A stretch of DNA of 64,000 nt from Candidatus Blautia intestinigallinarum (GTDB lineage: Bacteria; Bacillota; Clostridia; Lachnospirales; Lachnospiraceae): assembly GCA_019112635.1 (NCBI GenBank), contig DXIX01000029.1, positions 18,642 to 82,641 of the forward strand. The letters are read 5' to 3'. Below, piece by piece: positions 41,177 through 50,114 of the stretch. The position numbers were made by a program, and so were the translations under genes. The notes under the pieces were generated by a model. That model was not told the origin of the DNA. It did not search any database and was given only the letters and a program-made list of their open reading frames with translations. The stretch's first letter is position 1. Each line of letters starts with the position of its first letter.

Positions 41177-41428
41177 TCACTTTGTTTTTTTCTTCCGCAG
41201 CCGCACAGCAGCTACAACAATCATTCCCAGCAGGAGCAGTGCCAAAATCGCCAGGGCAGCCTCGTTAAGCAGCTTCTCTCTTCGAATATCATCGGCAGAA
41301 GATTCATAGGGAATCCCCTCCAGAGAGGCCAGGGGATCCCCTTCCTCCTGCAGCTTTCGCTGCGTTTCCTTATATTCTTCCATTGCAGGTTCCATCATGA
41401 TCTGTTCCATGCTGTCTAAATTTTTCAT
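41177..41428 (-). CDS. Small hypothetical protein with C-terminal TM and basic tail
   Basis: 83-aa ORF; GAAAGGA RBS; hydrophobic stretch followed by RLRKKKTK. Confidence 0.5.
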   Translation of the reverse strand: MKNLDSMEQIMMEPAMEEYKETQRKLQEEGDPLASLEGIPYESSADDIRREKLLNEAALAILALLLLGMIVVAAVRLRKKKTK

Positions 41429-41623
41429 AAATTCTGTCTTTCCTTTCTCAAATTGTTTAAAACGATCTTTTTTTCAATAAATTTTCCAGCATTTTTCATT
41501 TTATCAGACTTTGAAGGAACAAAGTTTTCTATAAAACAAAAATCAGACTCAGAAATCTTTTTGTTTCTGAGTCTGATAAATATCCGACAAAAACATTTGT
41601 TGTCAGGATTCTCTTCTTTTCTT

Positions 41624-43318
41624 TTATCTTCTGTCCATACCACAGGGGTATTCTTCCTTCGCAGCGAGCTGATCCAGATGAACCGTCTCATAGAGGCGGT
41701 AGCCACCGGAGAAATTGTAACAGCTAAAGCCGTTCTGTGTCAGAATCCGACAGGCCAGATAGCTGCGGAGACCGCTCTGGCACATCACGTACACTGGTTT
41801 TTCTCTTGGAACCTCTTCCAGACGGTCACGCAGTTCGTCCAGAGGAAGGTTACGAAAGCCTTCTGCGTGGCCTCTCTCATACTCTCTCACCGTGCGGGTG
41901 TCCAAAAGTGTGACACTTCCATCCCTTGGAAGGTTTTCCAGATCTTCCAGGAAGAACTGGCGGTAACGTCCTGCGGCCAGATTGTCTGCCATGTAACCTG
42001 CCATATTCACCGGATCTTTTGCGGAGGAATATGGCGGTGCATAGGCCAGATCCAGATCTTTGAGCTGGAGAGCAGACATATTCATATGAATGGCGGTGGC
42101 CAGCACGTCAATCCGTTTATCCACCCCTTCATATCCCACAATCTGTGCTCCCAGAAGACGGTAAGTCTCTTTCTCGAACAAAATCTTCATCGACATCACC
42201 GTACCGCCGGGATAGTAACCAGCATGATTCATGGGAGACAGATAAATCTTATCATAAGAGATTCCCTCCTTCTGTGCGGTCTTCTCATTGATTCCGGTTG
42301 CTGCAATGGTCATGTCGAAGAGCTTGATCACCGAAGATCCCTGGGAACCCTGGTAATGGCTGTCAAGGCCGCAGATGTTGTCCGCCGCGATACGTCCCTG
42401 CTTATTGGCGGGTCCTGCCAGTGAAATCACTGCATCGGAACCGGTGACGGCATGTCTGACCTGTACGGCATCTCCCACTGCGTAGATGTCCGGCACAGAG
42501 GTCTCCATCCGGTCATTGACCACGATACTTCCTTTCAGTCCCAGCTTCAGACCTGCTTCCCGGGCAAGGACTGTGTCCGGGGTAACACCGATGGCCAGGA
42601 TCACAAGATCAGCTGACAGAGGCTCTTCTCCTTTGAGCAGTACCTGAACGCCTCCTTCACTCTGGGCGAATCCTTCCACAGAATGTCCCAGCATCAGACG
42701 GATGCCTTCACTTCTCATCTTGGCATGGATAAAGGCTGCCATCTCCGAATCCAGCGGATTCATCAGCTGTTTTGGTCTCTGAACAATGGTGACCTGAATT
42801 CCCAAATCATGCAGGTTCTCGGCAAGCTCCAGCCCGATGAAGCCTCCTCCGGCCAGAATGGCGGATTTGGGTTTTTCTTTTTTCACAAATTCATGGATAC
42901 GCAGAGTGTCCTCCACCGTGCGCAGGGTAAAGAGTCTGTCTGTACCTGTGCCGGGCAGTTCCGGCTGTGTGGGCTTCGCCCCCGGTGAGAGCAAGAGTTT
43001 ATCATAACTCTCCTCGAAGGTCTCACCCGTATTCAGGTTTCGGACAGTGACAGTCTTTTGCTCCGGATGAATCGCAAGCACCTCATGGCGTACTTTCATC
43101 TCTATGCGGAAGCGCTGAAGGAAACTTTCCGGTGTCTGCAGAGTCAGCTCCCTGGAGTCCTCAATCACGCCGCCAATGTAATAAGGCAGTCCGCAGTTCG
43201 CATAAGAAATATAACCGGAACGCTCAAAGACCACCACCTGAGCGTTCTCGTCCAGTCTTCGGATTCTCGCTGCGGCAGTGGCGCCTCCGGCCACTCCGCC
43301 TACAATAACAACTTTCAT
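41624..43318 (-). CDS. CoA-disulfide/persulfide reductase with rhodanese domain (CoADR-RHD)
   Basis: GGVAGG, SYANCGLPY, GGGFIGLE and YAPPYS motifs; rhodanese LDTR...CQSGLRS. Confidence 0.9.
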   Translation of the reverse strand: MKVVIVGGVAGGATAAARIRRLDENAQVVVFERSGYISYANCGLPYYIGGVIEDSRELTLQTPESFLQRFRIEMKVRHEVLAIHPEQKTVTVRNLNTGETFEESYDKLLLSPGAKPTQPELPGTGTDRLFTLRTVEDTLRIHEFVKKEKPKSAILAGGGFIGLELAENLHDLGIQVTIVQRPKQLMNPLDSEMAAFIHAKMRSEGIRLMLGHSVEGFAQSEGGVQVLLKGEEPLSADLVILAIGVTPDTVLAREAGLKLGLKGSIVVNDRMETSVPDIYAVGDAVQVRHAVTGSDAVISLAGPANKQGRIAADNICGLDSHYQGSQGSSVIKLFDMTIAATGINEKTAQKEGISYDKIYLSPMNHAGYYPGGTVMSMKILFEKETYRLLGAQIVGYEGVDKRIDVLATAIHMNMSALQLKDLDLAYAPPYSSAKDPVNMAGYMADNLAAGRYRQFFLEDLENLPRDGSVTLLDTRTVREYERGHAEGFRNLPLDELRDRLEEVPREKPVYVMCQSGLRSYLACRILTQNGFSCYNFSGGYRLYETVHLDQLAAKEEYPCGMDRR

Positions 43319-43487
43319 GGATTTAACCCACCTTTCCCGATCTTTTCTCTCATTTTTTCTCATTATAACAGATCAACGGGGAAAAATCCGTGATTTTGTC
43401 ACATTTTCCAAATCTGATCTCAGCGAGAAGAACGCTCTTTCCTGGGGCCGCATCGGTGTGAGCGGCCCTCGGTAATTAGTCATTTGT

Positions 43488-43658
43488 CTATACTTCGTCA
43501 ATCGCCTTATTGGGGCAGATGTCAATGCAGTTGCCGCACTGCATACATTTTCGATAATCAATCCGGAACTGTTTCTCCTCTTCCACAATGGCCCTGTGAG
43601 GACATTCTGACTCACAGGCTCCGCATTTCACGCAGCGCCGGGTTATAACAAAAGCCAT
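43488..43658 (-). CDS. 2[4Fe-4S] ferredoxin, 56 aa (absent from the ORF track)
   Basis: Manual translation: MAFVITRRCVKCGACESECPHRAIVEEEKQFRIDYRKCMQCGNCIDICPNKAIDEV; AAGGTGAG RBS; 18 bp after the hydrogenase stop. Confidence 0.92.
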   Translation of the reverse strand: MAFVITRRCVKCGACESECPHRAIVEEEKQFRIDYRKCMQCGNCIDICPNKAIDEV

Positions 43659-43676
43659 ACACTCACCTTGCCTTTC

Positions 43677-45440
43677 TTATTTCACTTCGCCGCTGCGGTC
43701 CACATAGGTAGTGTGCAGCAGGTGGTGAGAGAGATGTCCGCAGGGTTCTCCCAGGTATTCCCTGTACAGAGACTGCACCTCCTCGTTCTCGTGAGAACGG
43801 CGTACCGGATTCTTTCGGTCACTCTCATAGATCTGCTCCATACGCTCAGCCACCATATCCGGGGAGGCGGTCAAAGGTGCTCCGCCGCCGTTCAGGCAGC
43901 CGCCGGGACAGGCCATGACCTCAATAAAGTGATAAGGAGATTTACCTGCACGGATATCCTCCATCACTGCACGGACATTTCCGATTCCGTTGACAATGGC
44001 AACCTTGACTTCCATATCTCCAATTGTCAGAGTGGCTTCCTTCAGTCCACGGTAGCCCCTGACCGTGTGATAATCGATCTGATCCACTTTACCGCCGGTG
44101 AGCTTCCAGACTACGGTACGCAGGGCTGCCTCCATAACGCCGCCGGTGGTTCCGAAGATCCGTCCGGCTCCGCTGCCCTCTCCCATGAACTTGTCAAACT
44201 CTGCGTCTGGAATGGTAGCCAGATTGATTCCGCGCAGTTTGAATAATTTTGCCGCTTCTCTGGTGGTCAGAACGATATCCACGTCCCGTCCATTCTCAGA
44301 CTCCATCTCCGGACGGTTGTACTCATACTTTTTCGCCACACAAGGCATGATGGAGATGTGACAGATATTCTTCGCAGGAACACCGATCTTCTCCGGAAGA
44401 TAATTCTTCACCAGAGCTCCGAACATCTGCTGGGGTGATTTACAGGAAGATAAGTGATCCAGCTGATCCGGATAGTGGTATTCCATGTATTTGATCCATC
44501 CGGGACAGCAGGAAGTCATCATCGGCAGCACGCCTCCGTTGGTCACACGGTCGATGAACTCGGTACCCTCCTCCATGATGGTCACATCCGCGCTGAAATC
44601 TGTGGTGAAGGCATATCCGCCCAGAGTTTTCATAGCCGCGGCGATCTTCTTCGTCACATCGGTTCCAGGGGCCAGATGGAACTCTTCGCCCAGGGTATTC
44701 TGGATAGAGGGAGCCATCTGCCATACTACAGTCGTATTAGGATCGTCCAGAGCTGCCATGGCCTTGTGAATGTTGTCCTTCTCCGTGAGAGCCGCCACCG
44801 GACAGACTTTCACACACTGGCCGCAGTTGATGCAGGCCGTCGCGGACAGAGGCACATTCTTCTTGGTATTCACATAGCGCTCTCCGGTCTCCTCATTGCA
44901 TTTCATCTCATAGATACCGATTTTCTGAACTTCGTTGCAGACGGTCACACAGCGTCCGCAGGCGATACATTTGTCCATATCACGCACCATCGCCGGACTG
45001 GAATCATCAATTCCCCGGCCAGGTACTTCCCGCACCTTCGGGCTGACGCCGAACCGATAAGCCACATTCTGAAGCTGGCAATTGCCGCCGGTCTTCTGAC
45101 AGGTCAGACAGTCATTGGGATGTCTCTTCAAAATCTCTGTCAGGCAGTCCTCCCGGTATTTCCGAACAGCCGGTGTGTCGGTGCGGATCACCATACCGTC
45201 CTTGGCACGGACGCGGCAGGATCTGCGGATGACAGACCCTCCCTCTTCTTCAATTTCCACGGCACAGACCCCGCAGGCTCCTGTGGGGGTCAGGCCTTTC
45301 AGATAACACAATGTCGGAATCTCAATTCCTGCCGATCTGGCTGCGTCTAAAATCGTGGATTCCGGTGGACAGGATACTTTCTGTCCGTTGATGACACAGA
45401 CAATGTCTTCTTTCAGCATTCCGCCGTATACTTCATACAT
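43677..45440 (-). CDS. hydA: Group A [FeFe]-hydrogenase catalytic subunit (2Fe-2S, His-ligated 4Fe-4S, 2x4Fe-4S, H-cluster)
   Basis: H-cluster motifs TSCCPGW, MPCVAKKYE and EVMACPGGCLNGGG; HPNDCLTC; two CxxCxxCxxxC motifs. Confidence 0.95.
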   Translation of the reverse strand: MYEVYGGMLKEDIVCVINGQKVSCPPESTILDAARSAGIEIPTLCYLKGLTPTGACGVCAVEIEEEGGSVIRRSCRVRAKDGMVIRTDTPAVRKYREDCLTEILKRHPNDCLTCQKTGGNCQLQNVAYRFGVSPKVREVPGRGIDDSSPAMVRDMDKCIACGRCVTVCNEVQKIGIYEMKCNEETGERYVNTKKNVPLSATACINCGQCVKVCPVAALTEKDNIHKAMAALDDPNTTVVWQMAPSIQNTLGEEFHLAPGTDVTKKIAAAMKTLGGYAFTTDFSADVTIMEEGTEFIDRVTNGGVLPMMTSCCPGWIKYMEYHYPDQLDHLSSCKSPQQMFGALVKNYLPEKIGVPAKNICHISIMPCVAKKYEYNRPEMESENGRDVDIVLTTREAAKLFKLRGINLATIPDAEFDKFMGEGSGAGRIFGTTGGVMEAALRTVVWKLTGGKVDQIDYHTVRGYRGLKEATLTIGDMEVKVAIVNGIGNVRAVMEDIRAGKSPYHFIEVMACPGGCLNGGGAPLTASPDMVAERMEQIYESDRKNPVRRSHENEEVQSLYREYLGEPCGHLSHHLLHTTYVDRSGEVK

Positions 45441-45476
45441 AATATTACTCCATTCCTTTCATCAGAAACCGTGATC

Positions 45477-48314
45477 TCAGCCCTCTTTTCTGGCAGAAAT
45501 CAGATCCTCCACTTCTTTTTCCTCATAGCGGATGATTTTCGGGTCTTCGTTTTCATAATATTCAATGGCGTCATTCTGAGCCTGCGCCGTGAGCTCTTTG
45601 GCCTTCTGGGCACTGACTTTCTCAATGCGGATACCGATCTGCTTAAATCCAGGAATTTTGCTGACCGGATCCAGATGAGAGGAGTCTGCCAGCACGTTGG
45701 CTCCCTCGGCATAGTGGAACGGCATCCAGGCTACTTTCGGCTGCAGGGTATCCACAATTCTCGCCTCCACGTAGATGGAACCTCTCTTGGAGGATACTTT
45801 CACCCAGTCGCCTTCCTGAACACCCAGCTCCTTCGCGTCATCCGGATGAAGCTCGATCCAGTTTCTCGGCGCCGTGAAATGAATTGCAGGCACCTTGTCG
45901 GTCTGTGTTCTGGTGTGATAGTGGTACAGAATTCTGCAGGAGGTCAGTGTCATCGGATACTCTGGATCTCCCAGATCCGGAGACGGCTGCCACTCCAGCG
46001 CTTTCAGAAGACCGCCGCCTGCTCTTCCAGGTCCGTTGACGTGCAGGATCGGAGTTCCCGGATGATCCTCCGTCGGACAAGGCCACTGAACGCCAGCCTT
46101 TTCGATCTTCTCATAAGTGATTCCGGCATAAGACGGGGTCACGGTTCTCATCTCATTGAATACATCCTCCACCGTGTCATAATGGCAGGAATATCCGATC
46201 CGGTTCATCACCTGCATCAGGGTCCACCAGTCATCCCTGCACTCTCCCTTCGCAGGAACCACCTGGCGTACTCGCTGTACACGGCGCTCGGTGTTGGTGA
46301 AGGTTCCGTCCTTCTCTGCGAAAGCAGTGGACGGGAAAACCACGTCGGCGTACTCTGTGGTCTCGTTGGGGAAGATATCCTGTACAACCACGAAAGCTTT
46401 CTCCAGAGCATGTCTCACATGGTTGGTATCCGGGTCAGAGACCATGGGGTTCTCTCCCATGATGTATAGAAGTTTCACCTTGTCTTCCAGAATTGCCGGG
46501 ATGGTCTCGGTGACGGTATATCCTTTGTCAGGGCTTAACTTTACTCCCCAGGCTTTTTCGAATTTCTCCTGAACCTGAGGATTGAATACTTTCTGGTATG
46601 CCGGGTAATCCGTAGGCAGAGCTCCCATATCGCAGGCTCCCTGCACGTTGTTCTGACCACGCAGCGGATTGACGCCGCTTCCTTTCTTACCCATATTTCC
46701 AGTCACCAGTGCCAGATTGCTAAGGCTCGTCACATTGTCTGTGCCGTTGACATGCTGGGTGATACCCATAGCATAGGCAATGTAGGACTTGTGGGTGCTG
46801 GCGTAGAGTCTTGCCGCCTGGATAATCAGGTCTTTGTCCACACCGCAGATCTCGGCCACTCTCTCCGGAGTGTACTTCTTGACGCACTCCCGCAGCTGTT
46901 CAATACCCTCCGTATGTTTCTCAATATATTCTTTGTCTTCCAGGCCCTCCTCGAAGATTACGTGAAGCATTCCGTTGCTCAATGCCACACTGGAGCCTGG
47001 ATTAATCTGCAGATAGATATCCGCCAGATCCGCCAGCGGAATGCGGACCGGATCTGCCACAATGATTTTCTTGCCCATTCTGTGGGCCTGGCGTACATAC
47101 ATTCCCATAACCGGATGGGTTTCCGTAGTGTTGGAGCCAGTGATGAAGATGACATCTGCCTCCTTGACTTCCGCAATACAGTTGGTCATGGCACCGCTTC
47201 CTAAAGTGGTGGCAAGGCCAGACACCGTAGAGCTGTGGCACAGACGGGCACAATGATCCACGTTGTTGGTTCCCACTGCCGCACGGATGAATTTCTGGAA
47301 CAGATAGTTGTCCTCATTCACGGTACGTGCGGAGGAGAATCCTGCCACAGCGTCCGGGCCATAGTTTTCTTTGACTTCTTTGATTTTGCTGGCAACCAGA
47401 TCCAAAGCTTCTTCCCAGGTAGCCCGCTCCAGTTTTCCGTTCTTTCGGATCATCGGATATTTCAGACGGTCTTTGTGGTTGATGAAGTCATAGGCAAATT
47501 TACCCTTCACACAGAGAAGCCCCTGGTTGGAAGGTCCGTAAGCCGGGGTGGCGTCCACGATCTTTCCATCCTTCACGGAGAAATCGATCTGGCATCCCAC
47601 ACCGCAGTAAGCGCAGGTGGTACGCACCTTCTTCACTTCCCACTGTCTGAAATCATACAGAGATTTCGGCATCAAAGCCCCCACTGGACAGACGGAGACA
47701 CAGTTACCACAGGACACGCAGTTGGTCTCTGCCATGGTAGCGCCGCCCTTTGGCATCACATAGGCATTGCTGCCCTTCTGAGCCATGACTAAGGCGTCAA
47801 TTCCCACCAGTTCCCGGCAGGTCCTCACACATTTTCCGCAGCGGATGCATTTGTCCATCTCCTGATAATAAAAACGGTTGGACAGATCCTTCTCCCGGTG
47901 CTCAAAGGGAATCTCATACAGCGGATCTTTGACCCCATACATCTCACAGTATTTCTGCAGTTTACAGTCCCCAAGCTTTTTACAGTTCATACAGTCCAGC
48001 GGATGGGTGGCAATCATCCGGTACAGGATATCAGTTCTGGCTTTTTTGACCTCCTCAGATTCCGTCCAGACTACCATTCCCTCTTCTGCCTGGGTGTTGC
48101 AGGCTGTCAGAAGGCTGGCTTCTCCTTCCACCTCGCAGGAACACATCTTGCAGTCCCCGTACTCAGTACAGTTGCTGCAGTGTTTTGCCGGCATGCGCCC
48201 ATAATCGTCATGACAAAATGTGGGGATAAAAATTCCCAGTTTTTCAGCCGCCTGCAATATGGTGCTGCCTTCTTCCACCTCAACCGTACGGTTGTTAATT
48301 TTCAGCGTTATCAT
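45477..48314 (-). CDS. fdhF: Mo/W-bis-PGD formate dehydrogenase alpha subunit (Cys-type) with N-terminal NuoG-like Fe-S domains
   Basis: CAYCGVGC, LCVKG, DHCARLCH (Cys at the metal-ligand position), RGQNNVQG and FTNTERR motifs; AAGGAGG RBS before ATG 48314. Confidence 0.93.
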   Translation of the reverse strand: MITLKINNRTVEVEEGSTILQAAEKLGIFIPTFCHDDYGRMPAKHCSNCTEYGDCKMCSCEVEGEASLLTACNTQAEEGMVVWTESEEVKKARTDILYRMIATHPLDCMNCKKLGDCKLQKYCEMYGVKDPLYEIPFEHREKDLSNRFYYQEMDKCIRCGKCVRTCRELVGIDALVMAQKGSNAYVMPKGGATMAETNCVSCGNCVSVCPVGALMPKSLYDFRQWEVKKVRTTCAYCGVGCQIDFSVKDGKIVDATPAYGPSNQGLLCVKGKFAYDFINHKDRLKYPMIRKNGKLERATWEEALDLVASKIKEVKENYGPDAVAGFSSARTVNEDNYLFQKFIRAAVGTNNVDHCARLCHSSTVSGLATTLGSGAMTNCIAEVKEADVIFITGSNTTETHPVMGMYVRQAHRMGKKIIVADPVRIPLADLADIYLQINPGSSVALSNGMLHVIFEEGLEDKEYIEKHTEGIEQLRECVKKYTPERVAEICGVDKDLIIQAARLYASTHKSYIAYAMGITQHVNGTDNVTSLSNLALVTGNMGKKGSGVNPLRGQNNVQGACDMGALPTDYPAYQKVFNPQVQEKFEKAWGVKLSPDKGYTVTETIPAILEDKVKLLYIMGENPMVSDPDTNHVRHALEKAFVVVQDIFPNETTEYADVVFPSTAFAEKDGTFTNTERRVQRVRQVVPAKGECRDDWWTLMQVMNRIGYSCHYDTVEDVFNEMRTVTPSYAGITYEKIEKAGVQWPCPTEDHPGTPILHVNGPGRAGGGLLKALEWQPSPDLGDPEYPMTLTSCRILYHYHTRTQTDKVPAIHFTAPRNWIELHPDDAKELGVQEGDWVKVSSKRGSIYVEARIVDTLQPKVAWMPFHYAEGANVLADSSHLDPVSKIPGFKQIGIRIEKVSAQKAKELTAQAQNDAIEYYENEDPKIIRYEEKEVEDLISARKEG

Positions 48315-48369
48315 CCTTATCCTCCTTAAAAAATTTTTTATCATCAAGTGTACCGGGGAAAGGCCCCTC

Positions 48370-49641
48370 CTACCTTATCTCTTCATTCCCCGTCACACTC
48401 ACATTGCCTATATGGTAAAGATTTCCCGAGCCCTTGCGCACAAAACCAAGCAGTGTGATCTGCTCTTTTTTGGCAAGGTTCACCGCTCCTTCCGTCACTG
48501 CGGCTCTGGAGACCGCAATCCGGAATCCGGCATCAATGACCTTACGCAGATAATCCTCGGAAATTCTCCCGCTGGAAAAGACCACACACTCCTCCATGGG
48601 AATGTGGTTCTTCAGCGCGTAGCCCACCACCTTGTCCAGGGCATTGTGCCTGCTGATATCCTCCATGGAACACAGGATTTTCCCCTGATGCAGCAGAACA
48701 CAGCTGTGGGCGCAGCCCGTATCCCGGAACAATTCTCCGGGATGTTCAAACATCTCTTTTACGACTTGGAAAATCTCCCCGGTCCTCACACTTTTTAATG
48801 GATTTCCGGAAGGGATTGCCCTTCGCTCCTCTTCCTCAAGATCTCCCATGAGAAATCTTCTTCCCAGAATCATCTCCTCCACATGGGAAGGAGTGCAGGT
48901 CACGGCAAGGCTTCTGCCTCCTCTCAGAGGAATCTCAAGATGAGCTTCCACCGCCACTTCATCCTCCTGCTTTTCCAGGTTTTCCTGGCAGATTTTCCAA
49001 ATTTCCAGTCTCTTTTTCACCATTTTCCATTCCTCTTTCGGCTTCTCTTCCCGCAGAAGTTCCTGATATAACTGGGGTGTATTCACATTGAGCAAGTGTT
49101 CCGCGGCAATCTCCTTTCGGCGGCATTCATATCCCCACCGATCCAGTATGCGAAAAACTGGTGCCGGTCCCTTCTCAATCAGATCCCCGATGGCATCTGC
49201 CATGGCAACCGGGTAAATGGCGATCAGCGGTTCTTTGCGGTCGCCATGTTCCCAGAGAAGGGGAATCTCCTGCTCGCTTTGTAAGCCTCTCCTCTGCGTC
49301 CTGTGATATGCCAGAAGGTCATCCAGCACCTCCACCGGAAGCTTCGGCGCATCCACCGGGAGAACCAGACAGAAGGGAGTCTCCATCTCCTTCATGCAGG
49401 CATGAATCCCGCCGAGAGGTCCCCGCTGCGGATACCGGTCCCACACCACGGTGACACCCGGCTCCTCGATTGGGAACCCGGACACATAGATCTGGGAGAT
49501 TCCAAGAGCTCTTGCTTTGTCAATCATCAACTGGGCAAAAGTCCTTCCTCCATAGCTAAGCTTCGCCTTGTGAAATCCCATGCGGGAATTCCTGCCTCCT
49601 GCCAGAAGGAGAAGTGAATAATTTCTTTCCCGTTCATTCAT
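48370..49641 (-). CDS. MobA-FdhD fusion (cofactor guanylyltransferase + FDH sulfurtransferase)
   Basis: N-half LAGG.NSRMG..K, GPLGGI, PVD.P and NVNTP; C-half TGCAH, EDISRHNALDK and SGRIS; single open frame. Confidence 0.88.
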   Translation of the reverse strand: MNERERNYSLLLLAGGRNSRMGFHKAKLSYGGRTFAQLMIDKARALGISQIYVSGFPIEEPGVTVVWDRYPQRGPLGGIHACMKEMETPFCLVLPVDAPKLPVEVLDDLLAYHRTQRRGLQSEQEIPLLWEHGDRKEPLIAIYPVAMADAIGDLIEKGPAPVFRILDRWGYECRRKEIAAEHLLNVNTPQLYQELLREEKPKEEWKMVKKRLEIWKICQENLEKQEDEVAVEAHLEIPLRGGRSLAVTCTPSHVEEMILGRRFLMGDLEEEERRAIPSGNPLKSVRTGEIFQVVKEMFEHPGELFRDTGCAHSCVLLHQGKILCSMEDISRHNALDKVVGYALKNHIPMEECVVFSSGRISEDYLRKVIDAGFRIAVSRAAVTEGAVNLAKKEQITLLGFVRKGSGNLYHIGNVSVTGNEEIR

Positions 49642-49650
49642 AAGATATAC

Positions 49651-50094
49651 TCACTTCGAAGCAGGTTCCCGGGAAATATCGTCTCCCGCATGAAGAGTGC
49701 CGCCCTTGGAAACCCGGGCAAAAAGCGCGTGATCCCGCAGCAGGCATGGCTTCCCGGACTGGGCCAGAGGGCACAGATCGGGATAACATTTCTTGAAAAC
49801 CCCGGTGATCTCAAAGGTGACCTGAGAGGTCTTCAGTTGATCTCCCGGTTTCACCTGTGCCAGATCCATTCCGCGGGTCCGGATATTTTCTTTGAATTTT
49901 TTCAGACAGAATCCTTCTTTTTGCTCTCTTGCCTCTTCTGAGAGGATGGAGATCTGTCTGTCCACATCCTGCCCGTGCCAGTCATCGGCCAGGCCATCCT
50001 GCACCGTCGCCTGGCAGGACGTCACAGGCCTGGGGGACGCGCCTCTATGTTCATAGACGAAAATATCTGTGATGGTTCCTTTTTCCATATCCAT
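49651..50094 (-). CDS. MOSC domain protein
   Basis: GL..D.H...RQIS, ENI.T.G and KKC...C...C..R...FARV motifs; AGGAG RBS. Confidence 0.8.
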   Translation of the reverse strand: MDMEKGTITDIFVYEHRGASPRPVTSCQATVQDGLADDWHGQDVDRQISILSEEAREQKEGFCLKKFKENIRTRGMDLAQVKPGDQLKTSQVTFEITGVFKKCYPDLCPLAQSGKPCLLRDHALFARVSKGGTLHAGDDISREPASK

Positions 50095-50114
50095 AATTTT
50101 CTCTCCTGTGTCAA

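Noticed and set aside
47230-47260. Possible selenocysteine at the FDH active site
   Set aside because: The frame is open and the ligand codon is TGC (Cys; ARLCH). There is no in-frame TGA.
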